A model generated the notes under the pieces. That model searched no databases. It was given only the letters and a program-made list of their open reading frames with translations, and was not told the origin of the DNA. From assembly GCA_934098375.1 (NCBI GenBank), contig CAKOOC010000003.1, positions 6,736 through 70,735 on the forward strand: a stretch of DNA of 64,000 nt. The letters run 5' to 3'. The stretch is from an uncultured Bacilli bacterium (lineage in GTDB: Bacteria; Bacillota_I; Bacilli_A; RF39; UBA660). Positions 1 through 9,577 of this stretch are shown here, one piece after another (position 1 is the stretch's first letter; every line of letters begins with the position of its first letter). The position numbers and the translations under genes are program-made.

Positions 1-114
1 ATATAAATTACCTGCTTCTTTAGCCATAAATTTATATACATTAGAGCCACTATTACGACGATATGCCACAATAAATATAATAATTGCAGTAACAATTAAT
101 AACTCTATTTTCAT
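1..114 (-). CDS. N-terminal fragment of a membrane protein directly downstream of the secretion ATPase. The position would fit a TadB/GspF-like platform protein, but there is too little sequence to decide.
   Basis: ATG at 112-114 (minus) with GGGAG about 9 nt upstream. Translation MKIELLIVTAIIIFIVAYRRNSGSNVYKFMAKEAGNLY begins with a hydrophobic helix. The ORF runs off the window edge. Confidence 0.3.
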   Translation of the reverse strand, partial: MKIELLIVTAIIIFIVAYRRNSGSNVYKFMAKEAGNLY

Positions 115-139
115 AAATATTACTCCCTTCTTATTATTC

Positions 140-1243
140 TTATAATGTCTCTATTTCTACTTTATCATCAGTACTACCATGATTTTCTTCACCTAAATTA
201 AATGTATCTTTAGGTAAAATTACTCCTTGTAATTCTAAATATTCTAATAAATACTTAGTTGGATTCTTAATACTAAAAGTTCCATCTACACTTTTTCTAT
301 AAATTGTATTACTACAAGGATTATTATTTTCATCAACATAAAACTCGCAAACTTCCATAATTTCTCTTTGAAATCTACCTAATGCTTTACTCATATAACC
401 CTTAACACATACCGCAATTTGAACATATCTATGAATAGTTGATAAAAACTGTGATACATCTTGGTTAGACTCTAATAATGAGTACATACGCATTGGAACA
501 CTTGAAGCTTTATCAGCATGGATAGTTGATAAAATATTATGTCCAGAAGAAATAGAGTTTCTAACTGCCATAACCGCTTCAGCACTACGAACCTCTGATA
601 GTAATATCCATTTAGGGTTTTGTCTCATACAAGTAACCAAAACATCACTATATGATGCAATATTATTAGTCTTCATCGCCACTATATCTCTATGAGGGAA
701 AATTCTATCTAAATGAAGCTCTAATGTATCTTCAATTGTAATTATTTTTTCATTTTCTTTTGTATGAGAAGCAAGATATTTTACAAGTTCTGTTTTACCA
801 GAACCAGTTTCACCTGCTACAATTATATTACAGTGTCCTTCTACACACTTCATTAAAAAATCATGAATTTGTACCGTACAATATTTTTCATTTATTAATT
901 TATCTTTATTTAATCTAATTTTTGCTGGTGTTTTACGAATAACACAAGCAATTCCATTAGTAGCAATAGAATCATGAATAAAGTTAAGACGTAATTCAGC
1001 ACTTTCGGCATCTAAGAAAGGATGAGCCATGTTAAATGTTTTACCCATTACATTAGAACACTGAAACGCTAATTTTTCCATTAAAGGATTATTAATATCC
1101 GGTCTATTTACTTGATATACACCTTTATCTAAAGTTTTAAGCCACACCTGCCCACCATTACTATAGGAAATATCTGTAACATTATCATCATTTAAAAACT
1201 CTTCTAATGGTCCAAAATCTAATTGTTCAAATAAATTATTCAT
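140..1243 (-). CDS. CpaF/TadA/VirB11-family secretion ATPase (type II/IV secretion NTPase)
   Basis: Walker A is VAGETGSGKTE. The Asp box is KIITIEDTLEL. Walker B-like is PKWILLSEVRSAEA. The His box is SGHNILSTIHA. At 367 aa the size is typical for the family. Confidence 0.85.
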   Translation of the reverse strand: MNNLFEQLDFGPLEEFLNDDNVTDISYSNGGQVWLKTLDKGVYQVNRPDINNPLMEKLAFQCSNVMGKTFNMAHPFLDAESAELRLNFIHDSIATNGIACVIRKTPAKIRLNKDKLINEKYCTVQIHDFLMKCVEGHCNIIVAGETGSGKTELVKYLASHTKENEKIITIEDTLELHLDRIFPHRDIVAMKTNNIASYSDVLVTCMRQNPKWILLSEVRSAEAVMAVRNSISSGHNILSTIHADKASSVPMRMYSLLESNQDVSQFLSTIHRYVQIAVCVKGYMSKALGRFQREIMEVCEFYVDENNNPCSNTIYRKSVDGTFSIKNPTKYLLEYLELQGVILPKDTFNLGEENHGSTDDKVEIETL

Positions 1244-1265
1244 ACCATCATTTCCTTAAACTATA

Positions 1266-2087
1266 TTAATAATCTAAACACTCTTTATCTATTAAACTAG
1301 CACTTTCTGCATAAGTTAAATCTGATTTATTATTTATAAAGTCAATAATAACCTGACTAGCTACTTGAGTTGCACTATGATTTTCTGTATATTCTTTACC
1401 ACGAGGTACTGGGAATATTTTAATTTGATTTGTTGAAATGTGATCAGCTCTAGTTAATAGAAGGAACATACTATCAGGTACAGAGAAAATTAATTCAGCA
1501 GGTATTCCTGTCTCAGACTGTGAAGAAAATACTGATTTACCATTAGAATCTCTAACATCTAAAACTTGAATACTTTCTATCATCTTAGCAATAATTACTT
1601 TTCCTTCATCACTTACTGCTGAAATATATAAATCTATATAATCATCTCGCATAATAGAGTTTGCATATGTATCATGTAATGTTACGGGTAAACTATAAAC
1701 TGTATGACACTTAGGTAAATTTTCTGTAATATAATTTGGTCTTTGTTCAGCCGCCATTAGTTGACTAGAATAAAACAAACCGCCTTCTGGAATTTTTGAA
1801 TCATAAGAAACATACTTACCAATAACCTGACTTAATGAAGTTAATAGTCCTGGTGTTGTATCAACCATACTTTTACTAACTTTAATAGTACCAACTTGAT
1901 CTTTTGTAATTAATTCGTTAGCTTTTAATTCTACCTTAGCATATGGAATACTTTGAGGTTCAACTGATTGATTAACTCTCCAGTTATATCCAACATATAA
2001 TACAATTATCCCAATAACCACACCTAATATTGTTACAGTATTTTTATTACCTAAAAATCTTTTTATTGTTACTCCTATATTCCCCAT
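1266..2087 (-). CDS. CpaB/RcpC-like pilus assembly protein (N-terminal TM helix, SAF-like domain)
   Basis: TM helix VTILGVVIGIIVLYVGY, then a SAF-like segment (AKVELKANELITKDQVGTIKVSKSMV) and a DDYIDLYISAV-type second domain. It sits immediately upstream of the ATPase. Confidence 0.55.
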   Translation of the reverse strand: MGNIGVTIKRFLGNKNTVTILGVVIGIIVLYVGYNWRVNQSVEPQSIPYAKVELKANELITKDQVGTIKVSKSMVDTTPGLLTSLSQVIGKYVSYDSKIPEGGLFYSSQLMAAEQRPNYITENLPKCHTVYSLPVTLHDTYANSIMRDDYIDLYISAVSDEGKVIIAKMIESIQVLDVRDSNGKSVFSSQSETGIPAELIFSVPDSMFLLLTRADHISTNQIKIFPVPRGKEYTENHSATQVASQVIIDFINNKSDLTYAESASLIDKECLDY

Positions 2088-2176
2088 TTTTATTCCTCCT
2101 ATTATATATGATTATTATAGCAAATCATAATTTTATTTTCAATACTGTTTATTCTAAGTTAATTAAAAATCACAAT

Positions 2177-2215
2177 AAAACTAGAGATATATTAAGGTTC
2201 ATCTCTAGCTTTTTT
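2177..2215. terminator. Bidirectional rho-independent terminator between the 135-aa gene and the CpaB-like gene
   Basis: Stem CTAGAGAT (2181-2188) pairs with ATCTCTAG (2201-2208). It is flanked by AAAA upstream and CTTTTTT downstream. Confidence 0.55.
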
Positions 2216-2273
2216 AAGTTCCTGCTATGGTCGGAATCACCGTTTTTTCATACAAGTCTTATATTCTTATATA

Positions 2274-2681
2274 CTACTTCTTAATTTCTAGAACTGAATC
2301 AATTTTATTAACGACCTGTAAGTTAGTATTAGCATCTCCCATAATATTATATGAATCAGTTACTGTTGTGACTTTGACACTAACCTTTGGTGGTGCCTCA
2401 TAAATATCATAAAATTTCAAATTATATCTTTTATTAATATTAACTGTTTCCGAAAATCTTCTAACAAAAACTTCTACAAACTTTTCTTTAATTATTCTAA
2501 CTTCACCATATTTGCGATAATGTGCCCAATCGACTGCATCAACCATCGCAGCTTCGGTTACTTCTCTTAATAGATACTGATCCTGTTCCGAAGTAGTTGT
2601 ATAATTTTGTAATAACATCATTACAACTATTATAAACAATCCTAGAACTATTAACCAGTAACCCCATAAACTCTCTTTCAT
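2274..2681 (-). CDS. Small N-terminally anchored protein with a TadE/TadG-like (pseudopilin-like) architecture
   Basis: MKESLWG followed by hydrophobic YWLIVLGLFIIVVMMLL, then an amphipathic LLREVTEAAMVDAVDWA helix. The N-terminus resembles the 146-aa ORF at 28265-28705. A terminator follows. Confidence 0.35.
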   Translation of the reverse strand: MKESLWGYWLIVLGLFIIVVMMLLQNYTTTSEQDQYLLREVTEAAMVDAVDWAHYRKYGEVRIIKEKFVEVFVRRFSETVNINKRYNLKFYDIYEAPPKVSVKVTTVTDSYNIMGDANTNLQVVNKIDSVLEIKK

Positions 2682-2695
2682 CTCTTATTCACCTC

Positions 2696-5572
2696 TTATG
2701 GCCAGTTTTTATAAGTATTTAGCCAGCCTTGCTGATTTTCTGGATCAGGATATCTACCATCTTCATTTCCTTGAATTTTTTTCAAAGCAGTTAATACGTT
2801 CCCCGATGCCATGGTTCCTTTTATAAAAGTGCTTTTATCTGGATTATCCGGATTATAAAAATAATATTTCCATTTATTTTGTCTTGTATTCAAAGTTACT
2901 GTTTGATCACCATAAGCATCTATAAATGTACTTTCACACTCTTTACCATCTTGATTACATTTAAAACAATAATCTTCATCAGCACTTTTAGTATTACTTC
3001 CTGTATTATTATTAGCACATAAATTCAAAGTAGCATAATCAATTTTTCTATTATTTGCTTTAATAAGTCGCATATCATCAGGCGTAAGTGTAATATCATA
3101 TTCTAAATAAGTTCCTGTACTATCATCATAAATATAACTATCAGCGGTTTGTACAATATTAACTTTATTATCACTAGACTCTAAAGTAGTAACTTTTACA
3201 TCTTTACTATTTCCACTTAGCATTTCTTTATCATTATTCGTGCTATTAGCTACTGCGATATTGTTGCCAGCTGTATTCTTAATAAGCCATTTGGCAGCAT
3301 TTCCCTTTTCGTCAACCCAGTTGGTGCCATCATCTCTAGAAGAAACATTCGGAGTAATATCATCTAAAGCAACATTTCTAAATACAAATTTAGCATCCAA
3401 ATCCTCACAAGTTGAACATTGTCTTTCAAATGATCCTTCTTCCATACAATATTTACATTGACTTTTAAACATCAAACTTTCATCATTACCATAATCTTTT
3501 CTACTTGCTGCTTTATACTCTTGAATTACCATTTTATGCAAGTTAGAATTTTCTCCACCATTACCTAAATTAGTAATATCAAACCAAGTATTATAAACGC
3601 CTTCATATGAAGTAACCTTAACATTATAAACATAACCAACTTCTAAGCCATTTTCTAAAGTTTTAGATACACTTTGAAAACTTCTAGTTTTTACTTCGCC
3701 TGATGGAAGTAAACTATACGAATTAAGTTCCGGACGGTAGTAAACTGTTTTTTCATAAGTATTTTCATACACAGCATTACTTTCAAATTTATACTCCGTA
3801 TTGTACTTTTTCGTTACTTCACTTGTTACGTTTGGCCAATATTTAACCGACGTATCAGTCGTTTTAGTTGCATACATATTAGCCTCTTCAGTTATAAGTG
3901 TTTTTTTATTGCCATTATAATATTCTTGTTCATAATAGAAAGTTAATTTAGGTTCTAAATTATAGGTAAAATTATTTATTGTATTCTCACAACTTGACTT
4001 AGCTGCTAATAACGTATTTACTTTTTCTGTCGCTTCTAAACAAGCAACACTATTTTGTAAACTATTCGAATCATTACCACTAGCACTATTACAAGCACTA
4101 TTTTTAGTGTTCATTGCTGCATCGTATTCACTTTTCCATGTTGCATAATCATTAACTACATATAAATTGATTGTTCCATGAATATAAGGCTGTCTAAAAC
4201 AAGTTTTACTATTATAATTTAAATTAGATAAATCGCATTGTGATTTATTTAATTCTTGAAATACAAAGAACCTTCCACTGGTTGCTACCGCTGTAGTTGG
4301 AAAATATATTTCATTATCTTCACTTGTTACAACTTTACAGTATTTATTACTTAAAGTCTCATCATAATAATGTTTTAATTTATCATTATCACTATTTATA
4401 TCACTAAATTTAGTACTATTTAATACATTTTTCTTTAAAGTATCCATTGGTACCTGCCATACAAATGATGTTGAATAACTTTTATAATTGCCATCTCCAG
4501 TACAACTATCAGTTCCACACTCGTTTTCATAAGAAACTAAATCTTTTGTCATACAGTTATTTTTATAATACTCAATAGCTTCTCTGCCCACTGCTGTTTT
4601 AGTATTAAAAAACTTTGGTTGTACATCTGAGCAGCATCCTTTACTCATATAAGTAATAGCATCAACTTTTTGTTCTTCTGCTTCATTAGTTCCAGGCCTT
4701 ACAATATGCATCGTATATTCTGGATATTCTTGACCATTTTCATCAGTAACTATCTTATATTGACATGTTTTAGTAACAGGAAAACTAACTGATTTAGTAA
4801 AATTTTTGGTTGAAGTTCCACCAGGGCCAGCACCTAAAAACATCTGACCACCACCACGGTTAGCTACATATAAAGTATTATAAGAACTTGAAGCATTTAC
4901 ATTAGCAGTTAGTACAACATTTGATAAATCCATTATTTTATTATTGGAATAAACAATTACATCAGCTTCTAATCCAGTATCCAATGAACCACTCACATTT
5001 TCTTGTGAAACTTTAAATACACTGCCGCCAGATACATTAATATTATAATTTAAATTAATCCCAGACGAATTATTAGATACATTAATTGTTAAATGAAACT
5101 TTTTTGAAAAAACACGTGGACTACTAGAATCATTTATCAAAGGATCAACCCATCCCGTATTTTCTTCCCAAGTAATATCCGCTGTTAAACCATCTAAATT
5201 TCCACTTCTAAATTGTGAAATATATTGGTTTGCATTCCCACTAGTTACATCATAATAAAATGCCGGATCCGTAATCGTACAATCTCCCCCACGATAATAT
5301 CTTATCATACATATTGCTTCTGGACTTATCCCAGCAGAGGTTAAGCCTTTAGATGCCAAAGCTAAAATAACTGGATCTGTTTCTTCACCTAAAATAGTTA
5401 ATACTCCCCCTGCCGGAGAATCAGCTCCCGGAGTAATGCAATGAAAAGTACTGCCATTATAATCATCACATAGCCAGTGCCAACCATTTCCATATCCACA
5501 AGTTCCAGATGCCATAACAACATTAGGTACGAAAAGGATAAACAAAATAAATAACCAACTAACTTTTTTCAT
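2696..5572 (-). CDS. Large (958 aa) secreted Cys-rich protein of unknown function; candidate adhesin or pilus-associated protein
   Basis: Signal peptide MKKVSWLFILFILFVPNVVMASG. There are many Cys residues in pairs and no C-terminal anchor. Its start overlaps the stop of the upstream gene by 1 nt. Confidence 0.5.
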   Translation of the reverse strand: MKKVSWLFILFILFVPNVVMASGTCGYGNGWHWLCDDYNGSTFHCITPGADSPAGGVLTILGEETDPVILALASKGLTSAGISPEAICMIRYYRGGDCTITDPAFYYDVTSGNANQYISQFRSGNLDGLTADITWEENTGWVDPLINDSSSPRVFSKKFHLTINVSNNSSGINLNYNINVSGGSVFKVSQENVSGSLDTGLEADVIVYSNNKIMDLSNVVLTANVNASSSYNTLYVANRGGGQMFLGAGPGGTSTKNFTKSVSFPVTKTCQYKIVTDENGQEYPEYTMHIVRPGTNEAEEQKVDAITYMSKGCCSDVQPKFFNTKTAVGREAIEYYKNNCMTKDLVSYENECGTDSCTGDGNYKSYSTSFVWQVPMDTLKKNVLNSTKFSDINSDNDKLKHYYDETLSNKYCKVVTSEDNEIYFPTTAVATSGRFFVFQELNKSQCDLSNLNYNSKTCFRQPYIHGTINLYVVNDYATWKSEYDAAMNTKNSACNSASGNDSNSLQNSVACLEATEKVNTLLAAKSSCENTINNFTYNLEPKLTFYYEQEYYNGNKKTLITEEANMYATKTTDTSVKYWPNVTSEVTKKYNTEYKFESNAVYENTYEKTVYYRPELNSYSLLPSGEVKTRSFQSVSKTLENGLEVGYVYNVKVTSYEGVYNTWFDITNLGNGGENSNLHKMVIQEYKAASRKDYGNDESLMFKSQCKYCMEEGSFERQCSTCEDLDAKFVFRNVALDDITPNVSSRDDGTNWVDEKGNAAKWLIKNTAGNNIAVANSTNNDKEMLSGNSKDVKVTTLESSDNKVNIVQTADSYIYDDSTGTYLEYDITLTPDDMRLIKANNRKIDYATLNLCANNNTGSNTKSADEDYCFKCNQDGKECESTFIDAYGDQTVTLNTRQNKWKYYFYNPDNPDKSTFIKGTMASGNVLTALKKIQGNEDGRYPDPENQQGWLNTYKNWP

Positions 5573-6300
5573 TATATCTGATTTCTCCTTTTCTTAATAA
5601 CAACTACTGTTATTACAATCCCTGAAATTAAGACAATACTGCCAATTAAATAATATTTATTATCTTTTACAAACTCTATTACTTTATTATTTCCTGTTGT
5701 TCCATCAGTTTTTGTTGTAACTTTATTTGTACTACTCTTACGATAGTTTGCTATTTCTTCTTTAATATTGAAAATATCAACATTTTGATTTATCTCAGTA
5801 ACAAACTGAGTACAAAAAGGAATATCTAAATTATTTTTACATTCTTCTGTACGATAAAAAGGATTTTCAATAGGTTTAACAAACTCTATTGACTTTAATT
5901 TTCTTGGTTTACAAGGTTCATTTTTCGCATATATATCAAAAGTATAAGTGCCTAATGCATTGAAATTATCAAATGTATCTAACTTATACTTTCCATTATC
6001 TGTATCGGCATAAACGATAGTCTTCTTACTACTATTTATATTATTACTAGCAATAATAAAAATATCATCCGTTATATTATAAATATCTATAATAACATTT
6101 GAAACTTCCATCGTTGGACTTCCGCCATCAATTTTATAGTTTTCATTTTCTACCGTTTTAGTTTCTACTTCATAACTAACTTTAATATTACTTGCTACTG
6201 CGTTTAATTTTTTCATCTCTGTATTATCACATGTTGCCGCCCAGACATTATTAAAAGAAATCATTAAAATAAAACTAAATACTAATAATATTTTCTTCAT
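5572..6300 (-). CDS. Secreted protein with a C-terminal TM anchor, unknown function
   Basis: Signal peptide ending VWA-AT. The C-terminal helix YYLIGSIVLISGIVITVVVI is followed by KKRRNQ. RBS AGGGTGA lies upstream. Confidence 0.5.
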   Translation of the reverse strand: MKKILLVFSFILMISFNNVWAATCDNTEMKKLNAVASNIKVSYEVETKTVENENYKIDGGSPTMEVSNVIIDIYNITDDIFIIASNNINSSKKTIVYADTDNGKYKLDTFDNFNALGTYTFDIYAKNEPCKPRKLKSIEFVKPIENPFYRTEECKNNLDIPFCTQFVTEINQNVDIFNIKEEIANYRKSSTNKVTTKTDGTTGNNKVIEFVKDNKYYLIGSIVLISGIVITVVVIKKRRNQI

Positions 6301-6395
6301 TATATCACCCTACCATTACCCCTTAAGTATACCAATCTTTTTATTTTTTTACAATATATTAGTGACTTATGATAGAATATTCATAGGTGATTTTT

Positions 6396-7040
6396 ATGCA
6401 TAAAGAAGCAAAACCCATTGCGTCATTTATTATATATTTAATATTGCAAGTATACTTTAGTCTAATTGGTTTAAAAATTTTAGAAAATGCCTCAACCTTA
6501 TCTCATCTTATCTTTGAAATAATAAAATATTTAATAATTATTATTATTCTTATTTTTCTAAACAAAATTGACCTAAAAAAAGAAATAAAAGATTTTAAAT
6601 TAAATTATAAAAAATATTTAAAATTAATATTAAGTATTTGGCTTGTTGGTTTCATCTTAATGATTATAAGTAACTACTTTATAACTAAAACAACTACCAT
6701 ACCAAATAACGAATTATCAGTAAGGACCTATATAAATTCCAAATTTATTGAAAGTTTAATTACAACTGTTATTATGGCTCCTATCCTTGAGGAAATTACT
6801 TTTAGATACAGCATTTCTAAAATAAAGAATAAATATTTATATTTAATTATTAGTACTTTTCTATTTGCAATGGTGCATATTAATCCAGAAAATGCTTCTG
6901 AACTGCCCTTTTTAATTCCTTATAGCTGCCTTGGATTAAGTTTTTCCCTTATATTTTACAAAACTAAAAACATTTTAGCGTCAATTACTGCGCACGCTCT
7001 TCATAACTACATCATAATTATGTTATTATTAATATTATAA
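6396..7040 (+). CDS. CPBP-family intramembrane glutamic endopeptidase (CAAX protease-like)
   Basis: Motifs EEITFRY, FAMVHI and HALHN in a polytopic membrane protein. RBS AGGTGA lies 5 nt before the ATG at 6396. Confidence 0.8.
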   Translation: MHKEAKPIASFIIYLILQVYFSLIGLKILENASTLSHLIFEIIKYLIIIIILIFLNKIDLKKEIKDFKLNYKKYLKLILSIWLVGFILMIISNYFITKTTTIPNNELSVRTYINSKFIESLITTVIMAPILEEITFRYSISKIKNKYLYLIISTFLFAMVHINPENASELPFLIPYSCLGLSFSLIFYKTKNILASITAHALHNYIIIMLLLIL

Positions 7041-7049
7041 GGAGTTCTC

Positions 7050-7895
7050 ATGACAAAAGAAGATAAAAAGGAAACTACTAAAAAACATTATTTTATATGG
7101 TTATTATTAATTATTGGTATTTTATTTATTTATGCAAGATACCTTGGAACTAGTAATTTAGTTATAAAAGAATATAGCATTATTAATGAAAAAATTCCTC
7201 TTAACTTTCATGGGCTTAAAATCGTCCAGTTTTCCGATTTACATTATGGTACAACTATAAAAGAAGAAGAACTTAAAAATGTTATTAGTAAAATTAATGA
7301 ATTAAATCCCGATATTATTTTCTTTACTGGTGATCTTATCGATAATTCTTATAAAATAAGTGAAGATGAAGAAAAGTTAATAACTAAAGAGCTAAATAGG
7401 TTAGAGCCTAATATTGGTATTTACGCCGTAAGAGGTAATCATGATATAAATGATAATTTTGAAAACATTATTAAAAATACATATATCGAACTATTAAATA
7501 ATCAAAATAAACTTCTCTATTTTGATAATAGTTCTACTCCTATTATGCTTATTGCCTTAGATGATAACTTAAAAGGCACCCAAAATATTGATAACGCCTT
7601 TAATTTTGAAGACAATGATTATTATAAAATTTTAATAACCCATGAACCAGATGATTATGATAAACTTCCTAAAAATGTGAATTTATTTTTAGCCGGTCAT
7701 TCCCATCTTGGTCAAGTAAGACTTCCCTTTATAGGTTCTGTTTATAATATGGAAGGTGCCAAAAAATATAAAGAAGAAAAATATGAAATTGATGAAACTA
7801 ATTTATTCATCTCTGGAGGACTTGGCACTACTAAAATTAAATATCGCTTCTTAGATAAGCCTTCCATAAATTTCTTTAGACTCTATAACCATTAA
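7050..7895 (+). CDS. Membrane-anchored metallophosphoesterase (YkuE-like)
   Basis: Motifs QFSDLHYG, FTGDLID, GNHD and GHSHLGQ. An N-terminal TM helix is present. Confidence 0.8.
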   Translation: MTKEDKKETTKKHYFIWLLLIIGILFIYARYLGTSNLVIKEYSIINEKIPLNFHGLKIVQFSDLHYGTTIKEEELKNVISKINELNPDIIFFTGDLIDNSYKISEDEEKLITKELNRLEPNIGIYAVRGNHDINDNFENIIKNTYIELLNNQNKLLYFDNSSTPIMLIALDDNLKGTQNIDNAFNFEDNDYYKILITHEPDDYDKLPKNVNLFLAGHSHLGQVRLPFIGSVYNMEGAKKYKEEKYEIDETNLFISGGLGTTKIKYRFLDKPSINFFRLYNH

Positions 7896-7956
7896 ATATT
7901 CGATTTTCTTAGCAAATAAAAACTCTTTTCATATAATATCTTGAAAGGAGTTTTTT

Positions 7957-8178
7957 ATGTACTACTACCCTAATTATAATTTAAACTACCCATCTGGTGA
8001 AAGACAATTTCTTGTACCATTTTTATTAGGTGGCCTAGGTGGAGCTGCCATAGTAGGTGCTTCTCGTCCTAGACCTGTTTATGTAAATAGACCTAATACA
8101 TATTATCCATCATATGGGCCATATGGATATAACTATTATGGAGGATACAATTATAATCCCTATCCTTACTATAGATAA
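7957..8178 (+). CDS. Tyr/Gly/Pro/Asn-rich 73-aa microprotein with a central hydrophobic segment
   Basis: MYYYPNYNLNYP...FLLGGLGGAAIVGA...YYPSYGPYGYNYYGGYNYNPYPYYR. RBS GAAAGGAG lies upstream. Confidence 0.45.
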   Translation: MYYYPNYNLNYPSGERQFLVPFLLGGLGGAAIVGASRPRPVYVNRPNTYYPSYGPYGYNYYGGYNYNPYPYYR

Positions 8179-9218
8179 GTATCTCTGATACTTTTTTTAT
8201 TTAAAAGTAAACCAATTAAAAACATATATGATAGTAAACTAGAGCCCCCATATGATAAAAATGGAAGCGTTATTCCAATAATCGGAAATAGTCCTAAATT
8301 CATCAAAATATTGATTGTATACTGAATTATTAAAATCCATAAAATGGGATATAATAAATATTTTGCATTACTAATATTTAATAAATTATAGAAAAATATT
8401 GTATAAATGATAAATAAAGCACCTACTCCCAGTAAACCAAAATTTGCTAAAAAAAGTGTAAAAGCAAAATCGGTTGGGGCTTCTGGAAAATAAACAACTT
8501 CTTTTATTCCTGTATAACCAGAGTTAGATATACTAGTAAGTGCTTGGGTTATTTGATATCCTTTATTATTCATAAAATTAGTAATTCTATCTAATCTATA
8601 AAAAAATGATGTTCCAAAAATACTTATAAATAAATCTTGCTTATTAAAATATAGGTAAAAAAATGATGCAAAACCTCCCAAAACTATTAAAAACAAAATT
8701 ATATAATAATACTTATTTAATTTGCGCAAAAATAAGAAAACTACATAAATTATTAAATAAAAAATAATTGGTCCCGTATCCGGTTCTAAAAAAGTTAATA
8801 TACTAGGAATCAAAAAAACAATCGTAGTATATAAAAAATATTTAAAATCACTTAAACTTTTATTAATAATTATCTTATACAAAAATAATATAAGAAATAT
8901 TTTCATAAATTCACTAGGCTGAAAAGAAATAAATTTAAAGGAAAGCCATGACTTAGAACCATTGACATTTACTCCCCAAAATAAAGTTATTAAAAGTAAG
9001 AAATTACCTGCAAGATAAAAATAAAAACTATTATTAATTAAAAAATCAATATTTACTTTACTTAGTATAATTATCACTATAAAACCCAAAACATACCAAA
9101 CAAGTTGTTTCAAATAATAATTATGGTAACTACTTAAATAAAGATTGGCATAATAATTATTAGCGACACTAAAAAGCATTAAAATAATTAGTGATATTAA
9201 TAAACATTTTTTATTCAT
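8169..9218 (-). CDS. SEDS-family FtsW/RodA/SpoVE peptidoglycan polymerase
   Basis: Polytopic membrane protein with PDTGP and the C-terminal LPFLSYGGSSLLS signature. Confidence 0.85.
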   Translation of the reverse strand: MNKKCLLISLIILMLFSVANNYYANLYLSSYHNYYLKQLVWYVLGFIVIIILSKVNIDFLINNSFYFYLAGNFLLLITLFWGVNVNGSKSWLSFKFISFQPSEFMKIFLILFLYKIIINKSLSDFKYFLYTTIVFLIPSILTFLEPDTGPIIFYLIIYVVFLFLRKLNKYYYIILFLIVLGGFASFFYLYFNKQDLFISIFGTSFFYRLDRITNFMNNKGYQITQALTSISNSGYTGIKEVVYFPEAPTDFAFTLFLANFGLLGVGALFIIYTIFFYNLLNISNAKYLLYPILWILIIQYTINILMNLGLFPIIGITLPFLSYGGSSLLSYMFLIGLLLNKKSIRDTYL

Positions 9219-9274
9219 ATTATTATTTTGGTCAAAATTAATAAAATATTACATATATTATACTAGGTGATTTA

Positions 9275-9529
9275 ATGAAGGACTTACCAGAAATATTTAA
9301 AAATAAACTAGATGATGATTTGAATAATAATAAAGAATTCTTTAGAAGTAATAGTGTTCATGATGAAGATATTAATTCTATTTTAAAAAGTATTCCTGTT
9401 ACTGTTTATATCGAAACAAATACCAAAGAATTAACTACTACCATTATTGGTCGCACCGAAAACTATATTATTACTAAGATGCGTGAAGTAATTTATATTA
9501 ACGATATTAAAACCATTAAAAGATTATAA
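9275..9529 (+). CDS. Hypothetical 84-aa protein
   Basis: ORF with RBS AGGTGA upstream. No recognisable motif. Confidence 0.4.
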   Translation: MKDLPEIFKNKLDDDLNNNKEFFRSNSVHDEDINSILKSIPVTVYIETNTKELTTTIIGRTENYIITKMREVIYINDIKTIKRL

Positions 9530-9577
9530 AAAAAAATATTTTTAGATTTCTCTTTAAATATCTTTTTCTTATTTAAA

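Noticed and set aside
5350-5572. Possible thioester (TIE/TED) adhesin domain at the N-terminus of the 958-aa protein, because of FHCITPG
   Set aside because: No accompanying TQxA-type Gln motif could be found, so the resemblance rests on a single short Cys context.
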